A DNA stretch of 64,000 nt from Bryobacterales bacterium (lineage in GTDB: Bacteria; Acidobacteriota; Terriglobia; Bryobacterales; Bryobacteraceae). Made by a program: the position numbers and the translations under genes. Shown piece after piece: positions 21,109 through 30,647 of the stretch. Position 1 is the stretch's first letter. Each line of letters begins with the position of its first letter. Under the pieces are notes generated by a model. That model was not told the DNA's origin and searched no databases. It saw nothing but the letters and a program-made list of their open reading frames with translations. The stretch spans positions 368-64,367 of the forward strand of contig CANIIC010000001.1 of NCBI GenBank assembly GCA_947467395.1, read 5' to 3'.

Positions 21109-21494
21109 GCCGGCAGGATCGCCAGCACGGCACACTGCATCAGCGCCCCGGGCGAAACGTCAGCCGTCACGAACGTGTGCCGCGCCGGACGAGCGTGTTC
21201 ATCCGGGAACATCGCCAGCCACTGCTTGTTCACCAGCGCGCGATACGACGGGTCCTTGACCCACACTTCCAACTTGAGGACGTTGTCGGTGGAGCCGCCC
21301 GCGGCCTCCATCAGCCGGCGAATGTTCGCGAACATCACCGCGCACTGCTCTTCCGCGGTCTCCGCGAACGCGCCGCCTTTTTCGGGGTCCTTCCCGAAAA
21401 TGCTGCCGCTCGCGAGAAACGGCCCAATCTTCGAGGCCGACGGGATCGGATTCGTGTGGTGAACGCCAGGAATCTCAACGCTTTGTCGTTTCAT
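21105..21494 (-). CDS. RidA/YjgF-family protein
   Basis: Start set at MKRQSVEIPGVHH (ATG 21494) because the longer ORF overlaps tRNA-Leu. About 129 aa, with RidA-like blocks IGPFLASGSIFGKD and VWVKD. Confidence 0.75.
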   Translation of the reverse strand: MKRQSVEIPGVHHTNPIPSASKIGPFLASGSIFGKDPEKGGAFAETAEEQCAVMFANIRRLMEAAGGSTDNVLKLEVWVKDPSYRALVNKQWLAMFPDEHARPARHTFVTADVSPGALMQCAVLAILPA

Positions 21495-21505
21495 ACAGGT
21501 TTGTG

Positions 21506-21594
21506 TGGTGCCCGGGGTGGGACTTGAACCCACACACCCGTTGCCGGATAAGGGATTTTAAGTCCCTTGCGTCTGCCGATTTCGCCACCCGGGC
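21506..21594 (-). tRNA. tRNA-Leu (anticodon TAA), CCA encoded
   Basis: The reverse complement is GCCCGGGTGGCGAAATCGGCAGACGCAAGGGACTTAAAATCCCTTATCCGGCAACGGGTGTGTGGGTTCAAGTCCCACCCCGGGCACCA. It has a long variable arm and anticodon loop CTTAAAA, and is close in form to E. coli leuZ. Confidence 0.95.
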
Positions 21595-21720
21595 AAGGTG
21601 AACGGGAAAACTCCGGTCTCTGAAGCTCCCTCTATCCATCATACTGAAGCTGTGTGGCTTCTCCGCATTGGCCTGCGTAATTGTGCGGATTACCCGATAA
21701 TGACAATACGCCCCTAGGCC

Positions 21721-22902
21721 ATGAACAGAGCTCGTCGAACCTTTTCCTTTCGGTTGATCACCTCCTCCTACCTGCCGATCGTCGGTGGCTCCGAAATTGA
21801 GGCTCAGCGGGTCTGCGCGGAACTGATTCGCCGCGGCGATCAGGCGGAGGTCTTCTGTCCCGGCGGCGCCCCCATGCCTGCGGAAGCTCATCGTCTGGAC
21901 GAAATGGGTGTTCCGGTCCGGCAGTTTGGGACCAGTGCCAATATTCGGCTCCGCGGCTACGTCTTCGCCGCCGCTGTCGCGTGGGAGTTGTGGCGAACAC
22001 GGGCGGAGTACGACCTGGTGTATTTCCTGATGACCGGCGCGCATGTTGTCTCCGGCAGTATTGCCGCACGGTTGGCCGGCAAACCGATCCTCATGAAATT
22101 TTCCGGCAGCAACACAATTCGACCCCTTCAGCGCAGCTTCATCGGCCGCCTGCAGCTTCGACTGCTATCGAGATGGGCAGCTCGCATCATGGTTCTGAAC
22201 GACGCCATGCGCCAGGAGGGGTGCGAATGCGGTCTCGATAGCCGGAAATTCCTGTGGATGCCGAATCCGGTGAACACAACTGAGTTTGCGCCGCTTCCCG
22301 CGGATGGCCGGTCAGCTCTTCGCAACCTCTTGGGTCTTGCGCCGTCTTCAGAGGTGATCTTGTTCGTTGGTCGCCTTGCTCCGGAAAAGGAGTTGGGTAG
22401 CCTGATCGTGGCATTCTCCCTGGTCGCCAGGAATCGGCCTCAGGCTGAGCTCGTCTTGGTTGGAGACGGCCCGTGCCGTGTCGAATTGGAGAATTCGGTG
22501 CAGCAGATGAGTCTTCAGAATCGCGTTCGCTTCCTGGGAGCACAGCGGGGCGCGGAGGTGCGGTCCTGGCTTCAGGCGGCCGACATCTTTGCGCTGGTGT
22601 CCTCGGTCGAAGGGCTCCCGGTTTCCCTCATAGAGGCCATGTCGACCGGGCTGCCGTCGGTGGTCAGCGATATCCCTGCCAGCACGCAACTGGTCCAAGA
22701 CGGCGTAACCGGACTGGTGGTGAGACTTCGCGATCCGCAGTCGGTCAGTCACGCCATTGAGCGGCTTCTATTCAGGCCGGAAGACCGCGCGCGGATCGGG
22801 TCCGCGGCACGAGAGCGCGTGATGAAGGAGTACTCAACGGACACCGTGGCGGGCAGTTATGAAGCGCTATTCACAGAAGTTTGCGGGGCGGCTGCGCAGT
22901 GA
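21721..22902 (+). CDS. Glycosyltransferase family 4
   Basis: Blocks LFVGRLAPEKELGSL and VSSVEGLPVSLIEAMSTGLPSVVSD. Confidence 0.8.
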   Translation: MNRARRTFSFRLITSSYLPIVGGSEIEAQRVCAELIRRGDQAEVFCPGGAPMPAEAHRLDEMGVPVRQFGTSANIRLRGYVFAAAVAWELWRTRAEYDLVYFLMTGAHVVSGSIAARLAGKPILMKFSGSNTIRPLQRSFIGRLQLRLLSRWAARIMVLNDAMRQEGCECGLDSRKFLWMPNPVNTTEFAPLPADGRSALRNLLGLAPSSEVILFVGRLAPEKELGSLIVAFSLVARNRPQAELVLVGDGPCRVELENSVQQMSLQNRVRFLGAQRGAEVRSWLQAADIFALVSSVEGLPVSLIEAMSTGLPSVVSDIPASTQLVQDGVTGLVVRLRDPQSVSHAIERLLFRPEDRARIGSAARERVMKEYSTDTVAGSYEALFTEVCGAAAQ

Positions 22903-24050
22903 CAGCACAGCTCATCTTCCTGGTCGGGGCCGCGATTCTCTTCTATGTCGTCGCGGGTTACCCGTTATTACTGGGCTGGATGGCGGGGCGCTGGGGCCGA
23001 CCCGTTCGTACGCAGGCGATCGAACCTCATCTCAGCATCCTGGTCCCCGTTTATAACGGCGAGGTCTACCTGGCCGCGAAACTGGATTCGATTCTCCGCG
23101 CCGACTATCCGCGCGAAAAGGTGGAGATTTGGGTGGCTTCGGACGGGTCCACCGACACGACGGCCGACATCGCGCGGGCTTACGCAGATCAGGGTGTTCA
23201 CTTGGTTGAGCTTCCACGGGGCGGGAAACCTGCCGCGTTGAATGCGGTGATCCCGCAACTGCACGGAGAGATTGTCGTCTTGACGGACGTGCGGCAGGTG
23301 CTGGCACCGGACAGTTTGCGGCACCTCGTCACAGCCTTCGCCGATCCTGAAGTTGGCGTAGTCAGCGGAGAGCTGCGCATCCGCGCCGGCCAGAATCAAG
23401 CCGAGGCTGCGATTGGTTTGTACTGGCGGCTGGAAACATGGATCCGCGACCAGCTGAGCACGCTAGATTCGATGTTCGGCGCCACCGGCCCGTTCTATGC
23501 GATTCGTCGCGAACTCACGACACCAGTCCCCGCCGAAGTGTTGCTCGACGACATGTATCTGCCGCTCCATTCCTTCTTCCGCGGTTACCGCCTGGTGATG
23601 CAACCCCTAGCGAAAGCCTATGATTATCCGACGTCGCGCGAGACGGAGTTTAACCGAAAGGTGCGGACACTGGCGGGAAACTATCAGCTCCTGCGATATT
23701 ATCCCCAACTGCTCGGGAGCGGAAACCGCATGTGGTTCCATTACGTGTCCTACAAGGTGGGCCGCTTGCTGCTGCCCTGGACACTGGCCGTGGTCCTGGT
23801 TACGTCGTTTTTCCTGGACGAGCCGGCGCGCACCGTCGCGCTCAGGGTGCAAACGCTGTTCTACCTGGCCGCGTTCCTGGATCCGTGGATCCCGGAACAA
23901 TCGGCATCTAAACGCCTCACCAGCCCCATTTGTACGTTTGTGACAATGATGGCGGCAGCGGTCGCGGGATTGTCGGTTTTCTTTGTCCCGCCACAGCGCC
24001 TATGGAAAGTGACTGGGGCCAGCAACGCGAAGCCCTCAAACCAGCGCTAG
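22881..24050 (+). CDS. Membrane-anchored glycosyltransferase family 2
   Basis: N-terminal TM, then ILVPVYNGEVYLAAKLDSIL, WVASDGSTDTT, VVLTDV and C-terminal TM helices. An alternative GTG at 22899 forms a GTGA overlap with the upstream stop. Confidence 0.8.
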   Translation: MRGGCAVTAQLIFLVGAAILFYVVAGYPLLLGWMAGRWGRPVRTQAIEPHLSILVPVYNGEVYLAAKLDSILRADYPREKVEIWVASDGSTDTTADIARAYADQGVHLVELPRGGKPAALNAVIPQLHGEIVVLTDVRQVLAPDSLRHLVTAFADPEVGVVSGELRIRAGQNQAEAAIGLYWRLETWIRDQLSTLDSMFGATGPFYAIRRELTTPVPAEVLLDDMYLPLHSFFRGYRLVMQPLAKAYDYPTSRETEFNRKVRTLAGNYQLLRYYPQLLGSGNRMWFHYVSYKVGRLLLPWTLAVVLVTSFFLDEPARTVALRVQTLFYLAAFLDPWIPEQSASKRLTSPICTFVTMMAAAVAGLSVFFVPPQRLWKVTGASNAKPSNQR

Positions 24051-25057
24051 CGGTTTGCGTAGTTGGTTTCGTAAAAATTCCGGTATTCCCCACTGAACAC
24101 GCGAGCCACCCATTCAGGGTTGGCCCTATACCATTCGATGGTCTGCTGTAACCCTTCGTCGAAGGTCATCTGCGGCTCCCAACCCGTCTCGCGGGTAAGC
24201 TTGGTATTGGTGAGCGCATAGCGGCGATCGTGCCCCGGCCGGTCCTTTACGGTCTGCATCAGACTGTCCGGCTTCCCCAGCGCTTTCAGAATTCGTTTGA
24301 CCACTTCGATATTCGGCAGCGAGCAGTTGCCGCCGATGTTGTAGACCTCACCCGCGCGGCCTTGTTCGATCACCGCGAGGATTCCCCGGCAGTGATCGTC
24401 GACGTACAACCAGTCACGGATCTGCATCCCGTCGCCGTAAATCGGCAAGGGCTTGTCTTGCATGGCGTTGGAAATCATCAACGGAATCAGTTTTTCCGGG
24501 AAATGGTACGGACCGTAGTTGTTCGAGGCCCGCGAAACACTCACCGGCAGTTTGTACGTTGTGAAGTACGACTGCGCCAGCAGGTCCGAACCGGCCTTCG
24601 ACGCCGAGTACGGGCTGGACGTATGGAACGGGTAGTCCTCATCCGCTTCGTGAGGCGAATCAATGCTTCCGTAAACTTCATCGGTGGAGACGTGGTGAAA
24701 ACGCTGTAGCCCATGGTGGCGCGCGGCTTCCAGAAGCGTAAAGGTACCTATGAGATTCGTTTCGATCACCGGAGCCGGCGACAGAATACTGCGATCCACG
24801 TGCGATTCAGCCGCAAAATGAACCACAACGTCGGGCTTTTGCTCCCGCATTACACTGTCCACCAGCGTCTTATCGCAGATGTCGCCGTGAACAAACGTGT
24901 ACCGCGCGTCCGAGGCGACACTCGTCAGATTTTCTAAGTTGCCGGCGTACGTCAACTTATCCAAATTGACGACGCGCGCCGACGGTTGCGTGCGCATCAC
25001 CAGCCGCACAAAGGCAGAACCAATGAAGCCCGCTCCGCCAGTCACAAGGTATTTCAT
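24047..25057 (-). CDS. rfbB: dTDP-glucose 4,6-dehydratase
   Basis: Blocks MKYLVTGGAGFIGSAFV, HFAAESHVDRS and PYSASKAGSD (Y-x3-K), 336 aa. Confidence 0.92.
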   Translation of the reverse strand: MKYLVTGGAGFIGSAFVRLVMRTQPSARVVNLDKLTYAGNLENLTSVASDARYTFVHGDICDKTLVDSVMREQKPDVVVHFAAESHVDRSILSPAPVIETNLIGTFTLLEAARHHGLQRFHHVSTDEVYGSIDSPHEADEDYPFHTSSPYSASKAGSDLLAQSYFTTYKLPVSVSRASNNYGPYHFPEKLIPLMISNAMQDKPLPIYGDGMQIRDWLYVDDHCRGILAVIEQGRAGEVYNIGGNCSLPNIEVVKRILKALGKPDSLMQTVKDRPGHDRRYALTNTKLTRETGWEPQMTFDEGLQQTIEWYRANPEWVARVFSGEYRNFYETNYANR

Positions 25058-25608
25058 TTGAATTGCGTCTCCCAGTCGTAGTTGATCAGTTCGTGGCTGT
25101 GGGCAATGCGCCCTTCGTCAGACGGATCGTAGAACCGGTTCGTGACGTAGGCCAGCACGGCCGAGGACTCACCAATGATTTTGTAGCCGTGGCCAACCCC
25201 TGGCGGGATCAGAATGTGCCAGGGGCGGAGGCTGCCCACATACATTGTGTTCTTCTTGCCCCAAGTGGGGGAATCCTGGCGGAGGTCCACCAACGCAACC
25301 TGAAACATACCCGCCGATGGACACCAGTAGTCGGTCTGTTTTTGGTGGAAATGGAATGCTTTAATGGTCCCGGGGTAACTGAGGGCCACCGAGACTTGCG
25401 TCGTGGAGGGTTCGAAGTGAGCCGCGAGCCCGTGCCCCAGCCGGATCAGTTCCATGAAGTAGCCACGGTCGTCTGGGTGCAGTGCGGCGGGCGCAACCCG
25501 CACGCCTTCAATTAGTTGCGGGTCATTGACACTCCGAATGATGTCGCCGATGCCGTGGCGCGATTTCTTGTACTGTAGCCAGTCGTTGCCGTCTAAGACT
25601 CGATCCAT
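25054..25608 (-). CDS. rfbC: dTDP-4-dehydrorhamnose 3,5-epimerase-family cupin (RmlC-like; the exact reaction is not resolved)
   Basis: Blocks DDRGYFMEL, AFHFHQKQTDYW, VDLRQDSPTWG and IPPGVGHGY. ATGA overlap with rfbB. Confidence 0.65.
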   Translation of the reverse strand: MDRVLDGNDWLQYKKSRHGIGDIIRSVNDPQLIEGVRVAPAALHPDDRGYFMELIRLGHGLAAHFEPSTTQVSVALSYPGTIKAFHFHQKQTDYWCPSAGMFQVALVDLRQDSPTWGKKNTMYVGSLRPWHILIPPGVGHGYKIIGESSAVLAYVTNRFYDPSDEGRIAHSHELINYDWETQFK

Positions 25609-25917
25609 CCGCCCAAATTCCTTCTTTCTTGTTGGTGTATCGGCAGGTCGTGCCAGAACCTACGCACTCAAGCTTGACGCAGGACCCCGCGGCAGCGGGA
25701 AAGTTGTTCCCGGAATTCCCCTGAACGAAAACCGCCGGAGACCATATTCGGAAAGCCACTCTCGCTCGATAGTTACTATGCGGACGCAACCTGGACTTTG
25801 CGAGACGATTCGAGGTACCCCTATTATTATGCACCTGGAGAGCTACCAGAAACGGCCCGCACAGATTCCCGTATTTTGGGTGGGCTTGTCGCGCCACGTT
25901 CATCCCCAGAGGCCTCA

Positions 25918-27477
25918 GTGAGTGGTGGGAAGGGCTGGGCAGAACGGTTTCTGCTAAACGTGATTTGGAGCTGGATTGGCGTCGGGGTGAACCTCCTCGC
26001 CGGGTTCTTCCTAGCTCCGTACCTGATCCGGAAGCTGGGGGATGAACAGAACGGCATCTGGGCACTGGCGTTCGCGTTTATCGATTACTTCACGCTATTC
26101 GACTTTGGCTTTAAGTCAGCAGCCGTGAACCTGATCTCGGGGTTCCGGGCCAAGGACGACCCGGACCAGATCAACGAAGTGATCAATACCTCCTTGTTTT
26201 ACTTCCTCTGCATCGGAGGCGGTCTCTTCCTGTTGACGTTGGTCCTGGCCGGACAACTGCATCGTGCGTTCGCCATTCCCGAACGATACCTGTCCGATTT
26301 TGCTCTGTTGGTCCGTATCGTCGGAGCAGGATGGGCTGTTGCCATCGCACTGAGCGTCACCATCGCCAGCCTGGAAGCCTTCCAGCAGTTCAAGATACAG
26401 AACAACATCTACATTTTGTCCCTGATCGTCCGGTCTGGAGGCTGCGCGGTGGTACTGTATCTGGGCTATGGCCTGATTGAGATGGGCATCGTCACCACGC
26501 TCAGCCAATTCCTCACCTACGCCCTCAGTTTCAGGGCCGTGCGGCGAATCTTCCCAGAGCTGAAGATCTCTCCCAAACTGGCCAGCCGCCACATGTGGAA
26601 GAAGATGAGCTCCTATGGAGCTAACGCATTTCTGGCATACATCGGGACGATCCTGCTCAATCAGGGACCGTTGATGATGATCGGTCACTTTCGCACCACG
26701 GCCTTTGTCGGCTACTACAGTTCGCCCTCGCGCTTGCTGACTTACATCGTGGAAATGATCACCAAGATCGGAAACATCACGATGCCAAACACCGCCCAGT
26801 TGGCGGCACAAGGCCGGCAGGATCAGATCGCGATTCTAGGAAAGTACCTCAATCGGTATTGCCTCGCGCTGTTCATGCCACTGGGCGCATTCCTGGTGGT
26901 GTATAACTTCGACCTGATCTCGGTCTGGATCACCCCGGGGTTTGCAGCAAATTCGGCGCCCCTCATTCTGCCGCTGGCGCTTTCCACCGGGCTCGCCGTT
27001 GCCGGTCAGTTCAATTCCAGCGTGATCCTATTCGGACTGGCCAAGCACGGCACCTATGCGCGCTTACTGATCGTGGAAGGACTTCTCGCGCTAACCGGAA
27101 TCGCCTTGGTCCTGCCGGGCTTTGGCATTCTGGGTGCCGCCTGGGTGATCGCATCTCTAGCAATTCTGCACCGCGGGCTGGTCACGCCCGTGCTGCTGTG
27201 CAAGGCGCTGGATACGGATCCTTGGGACTATCTCTCCGGAATCTATCTACGGCCGCTGCTGACCGGGATCCCTACAGTCCTGCTGTCGGTGTGGTTGCAT
27301 GGCTTCTTATTGCCCGGGAAGAATTGGCCCCAGTTGATTCTGGCGCTCGGCCTGCTTGCGGTGCAGTATTACGCAGTGGCGCTGTTCACGGTTTCCGAAC
27401 CGGATCACCGTGAGCGCATTCGAGCGCTGGTCCTGGAGCGGCTCCGCCCGGCGGGCGCCGTGGAGAAGAGCGTCTAA
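25918..27477 (+). CDS. wzx: Wzx-type polysaccharide flippase (MOP superfamily)
   Basis: About 12-14 TM helices with charged loops, typical of the polysaccharide biosynthesis protein family. Start set at GTG 25918 after AGAGG (ORF opens at TTG 25798; start uncertain). Confidence 0.7.
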   Translation: MSGGKGWAERFLLNVIWSWIGVGVNLLAGFFLAPYLIRKLGDEQNGIWALAFAFIDYFTLFDFGFKSAAVNLISGFRAKDDPDQINEVINTSLFYFLCIGGGLFLLTLVLAGQLHRAFAIPERYLSDFALLVRIVGAGWAVAIALSVTIASLEAFQQFKIQNNIYILSLIVRSGGCAVVLYLGYGLIEMGIVTTLSQFLTYALSFRAVRRIFPELKISPKLASRHMWKKMSSYGANAFLAYIGTILLNQGPLMMIGHFRTTAFVGYYSSPSRLLTYIVEMITKIGNITMPNTAQLAAQGRQDQIAILGKYLNRYCLALFMPLGAFLVVYNFDLISVWITPGFAANSAPLILPLALSTGLAVAGQFNSSVILFGLAKHGTYARLLIVEGLLALTGIALVLPGFGILGAAWVIASLAILHRGLVTPVLLCKALDTDPWDYLSGIYLRPLLTGIPTVLLSVWLHGFLLPGKNWPQLILALGLLAVQYYAVALFTVSEPDHRERIRALVLERLRPAGAVEKSV

Positions 27478-27479
27478 CC

Positions 27480-29327
27480 ATGTGCGGCATCGCAGGAGTT
27501 ATTGCCGAGAACCGGGATCAAGCCGACATCGCGAAGACGGTCGGCCTTATGACCGCAAGTTTGTCGCGGCGAGGCCCGGACAGCGAGGGGAGCGCTGCTT
27601 GGCCGCATGTCGTCCTGGGACATCGCCGACTCGCCATCCTGGACCTGAGTCCGGCCGGACATCAGCCGATGCTGTCCGAGGAGGGTAACGTCGGACTGGT
27701 TTTCAATGGCTGTATCTACAATTTCCAGCACCTGCGCGATGAATTGATCGCCCGCGGTCACAACTTCAAATCTCAGTGCGATACCGAAGTCCTGCTGCAC
27801 GGCTACCAGGAATGGGGCATTGACGGAATGGTTCCGAAGCTGCGGGGTATGTTTGCGTTCGGCTTGTGGGATCAACGCAAGCGAAGCCTCTGGTTGGTGC
27901 GGGACAGGCTGGGCGTGAAGCCGCTGTACGTCAGCGAATCCGCCTCCGGCATTGCCTTTGCTTCGACGCATGCGGCACTGGCCGCCGCAGGGTTTGGGGG
28001 AGAACTGAATTCTCAAGCAGTATTGGAGTTCATGCATTGGGGCTTCATTTCCGACGAACGGTGCATTCGGATGGGCATTCGGAAGGTTCAGGCCGGGACG
28101 ATTCTGGAGTACCGCAACCGGCAGGTGACAGAGCGTACGTATTGGACGCTGCCCGAGGTGGACCCGGGGGCAAACATTCGCTTTGGGGACGCCGTGGATC
28201 AGACCGAAGCAGTGTTCCTCGAAGCGGTCCGCCTGCGTTTGATTGCCGATGTTCCCATCGGGGCACTGTTAAGCGGTGGCATCGATTCAACGCTGGTTTG
28301 CTGGGCCATGGCCAAGCTCAATGCCAAGATCAGTGCGTTCACGGTGAGCGCACCGGGGGACAAGGCGGACGAAAGCGCTGACGCGCAGCATACGGCTCGG
28401 AAGTTGGGCATCCCTCATCAGATCGTCGCCCTACCGCAGGAAGCGCAACCCGACCTGGATACACTCGTCGACGCATACGGTGAGCCGTTCGCGGCTTCCT
28501 CCGCGCTGGGTATGTTGCAGGTGTCCCAGGCGATCAAGCCCTTCGCCACCGTGCTGCTGACTGGCGATGGCGGTGATGATGTCTTTCTCGGCTACCCCTT
28601 TCATAAGTACTTTTGGATGGCGCAACGAACCGCAAAGTTCCTGCCTGCCTGGGCCAGTTCCCTGTGGAAGCCGATTCACACAAGTCATGGTTCGATCACG
28701 GACCGCGCGAAGCACTTCCTGGATTTCGCAACCGGCGGCCTGGGCGCCGTAGCCCGCATGCAGAATGGCTTGCCGTACCTGGAACGCAGCCGGATGCTGG
28801 GTTCCCGGCTGGACCAGCGTGCCATCGCCGAACGCCAGCTCCCCATGACCGTTGCGGCGGCACGCCAACTACTGCCCGATATTTTGCGTTATGAGCAACG
28901 CACGCGGTTCGTCGGCGAGTTCATGACGAAGGTGGACGGCGCCACGATGCATCACTCCCTGGAAGCTCGCGCTCCGTTCCTGGATCATCATTTGTGGGAC
29001 TTTGCTGCACGCCTGCCGTATCAGGTTCGTATGCACAATGGCCAACTCAAGGCGATCCTGCGCGAAATCGTCCGGCGCCGGATTGGGCCGGAAGTAGCCT
29101 TCCGCAAGAAGCAGGGTTTCACCATTCCCGTGGAGCGCTGGCTGGCGTCACGCTGGCGTAAGCCGCTGGAAGAGTTGTCCCGTGATTCAGTGCTCGAAGC
29201 CGAGGGGTGGATCCGGCCAGGCACATTGCGCCCGGCCGTGAAGGAAGCCTTGCGATCCGGCGTTGCCCCAGTGGCGCTTTGGCACCTGGTGGTGCTCAAT
29301 CATTGGCGCAAGCGCCATCCTGGCTAG
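27480..29327 (+). CDS. Asparagine synthase (glutamine-hydrolysing) family amidotransferase
   Basis: MCGIAG N-terminal Cys nucleophile, GHRRLAILD, and PP-loop LSGGIDST. 615 aa. Confidence 0.85.
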   Translation: MCGIAGVIAENRDQADIAKTVGLMTASLSRRGPDSEGSAAWPHVVLGHRRLAILDLSPAGHQPMLSEEGNVGLVFNGCIYNFQHLRDELIARGHNFKSQCDTEVLLHGYQEWGIDGMVPKLRGMFAFGLWDQRKRSLWLVRDRLGVKPLYVSESASGIAFASTHAALAAAGFGGELNSQAVLEFMHWGFISDERCIRMGIRKVQAGTILEYRNRQVTERTYWTLPEVDPGANIRFGDAVDQTEAVFLEAVRLRLIADVPIGALLSGGIDSTLVCWAMAKLNAKISAFTVSAPGDKADESADAQHTARKLGIPHQIVALPQEAQPDLDTLVDAYGEPFAASSALGMLQVSQAIKPFATVLLTGDGGDDVFLGYPFHKYFWMAQRTAKFLPAWASSLWKPIHTSHGSITDRAKHFLDFATGGLGAVARMQNGLPYLERSRMLGSRLDQRAIAERQLPMTVAAARQLLPDILRYEQRTRFVGEFMTKVDGATMHHSLEARAPFLDHHLWDFAARLPYQVRMHNGQLKAILREIVRRRIGPEVAFRKKQGFTIPVERWLASRWRKPLEELSRDSVLEAEGWIRPGTLRPAVKEALRSGVAPVALWHLVVLNHWRKRHPG

Positions 29328-30292
29328 AGTGCCAGGCTGGCAAGCCGGTCGAGTATACGCTGATATAACTGCTGTTCGCCGCCGGCCGCCTTGGCATAGC
29401 GGAATCCAGCGTCGGCGGTCTTCCTGCGGAGTTCTGTGTCTTCCCAGACAGACCGAATCGCGGCGGCCAACTTCGCTGGCTCCTCCGGGGGAACCACAAG
29501 AACTTCGCCTTCCTGAAACACATCACTCATCCCCGGCCCCTCGGTCCCGATCACACACTTGCCCAGACTCATCGCGTTCAGGCAGGAACTGATGCCCGAT
29601 GCCACCATGCTGGTCTTCAGGATGGGCAGCACCACAATTTTGGCGTTCTCCAGAATCCGAACCTGGGCGTCTGCGCCGCCGTCGTCATCCAGCACGGTCA
29701 GATTGGCAGGGAGTTGCTCCCAGGAACGGGTAAAGCGTGCACCGTGCGTCCGCAGCACCGCGGGATCTTGCCGCGAAATAGCCGCCGGGTAGGGGAGCTG
29801 CTCCACCGCATCGAAGAAGGTGTCGAAGTCGCGCATGGACCTTCCAAAACACAGAATATACTGCTCACTTCCCTGTTCAGGCTGGAGCGTATGGGACTCG
29901 GCCAGATTCGCTTTGAACGGCACGAAGGAGCTGCGGGCGGCGTCGATACCGAAGGTCTCCTGATAAGCACGGACATCCGAGAAATAGTGAATAAAATGGT
30001 CGACGCGCTTGAGCAGAAAACGCTTGACCGACATCGGGAGGGCGTCCCGGAAGCCTTTGGGCCGGCGTAAGACCAGGTCCACGGCAACAAGTTTTGGCCC
30101 CCCGGAACGCAGCAGTTTCCGAAACGCCAAGCGCAGCGTCAGGTGGGGATCACAGTTGACCAGCCAGACCGTATCGGGCCCCTGGTGAGCTAGAAATTCG
30201 GCCGCCGTACGAGCGTAGATCGCCGAACCAACCTTCTGCCCCGGAGCAGACCAAGTGCTCGGGAAATGAACGAAGTTGGTGACAATGATCAT
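29324..30292 (-). CDS. Glycosyltransferase-like protein (short GT-B type), paralog of 47145..48164
   Basis: C-terminal blocks NAMSLGKCVIGTEGPGMSDVF..GEVLVVPPEEPAKLAAAI align with the equivalent blocks of 47145..48164. Confidence 0.6.
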   Translation of the reverse strand: MIIVTNFVHFPSTWSAPGQKVGSAIYARTAAEFLAHQGPDTVWLVNCDPHLTLRLAFRKLLRSGGPKLVAVDLVLRRPKGFRDALPMSVKRFLLKRVDHFIHYFSDVRAYQETFGIDAARSSFVPFKANLAESHTLQPEQGSEQYILCFGRSMRDFDTFFDAVEQLPYPAAISRQDPAVLRTHGARFTRSWEQLPANLTVLDDDGGADAQVRILENAKIVVLPILKTSMVASGISSCLNAMSLGKCVIGTEGPGMSDVFQEGEVLVVPPEEPAKLAAAIRSVWEDTELRRKTADAGFRYAKAAGGEQQLYQRILDRLASLAL

Positions 30293-30647
30293 GAAATACG
30301 CGGCCCCCTACCGTTAGTTGGCCATGCGAAGTACAGCTCACCTGACCGATAGCGTCCCTGGAAACTGTTAGTCTACATGAGGTTGGGGCCAGAGCTACAG
30401 CCTTGCGGGCAGAAAACCTGCCGCGGGGCGCTGGCGCAGACGGACAGCCAGCCCTGTGGATAACGGGCAGAGGTGCCGATAGGAGTTTTGGTAGACTGAT
30501 TACGCTGTCGCAGTCCGGGCAGGTTTGCAGCGCTGCCAGAGAACTATCGTGTCCAAATTCGGCAACATTTCAGCCCCCCGGCGCGTCCAGCTGGGAAGTG
30601 TGGTTCCGCCTCTTCGAACCGGCGCGACCCCAAGAAGTGCTGTGGGG

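Noticed and set aside
21506-21720. tRNA-Leu as the integration site of the polysaccharide locus (genomic island)
   Set aside because: The cluster lies on the 5' side of the tRNA, whereas islands normally integrate at the 3' end. I saw no integrase, no direct repeat of the tRNA 3' end and no GC break. The same holds for the tRNA at 8377..8452.
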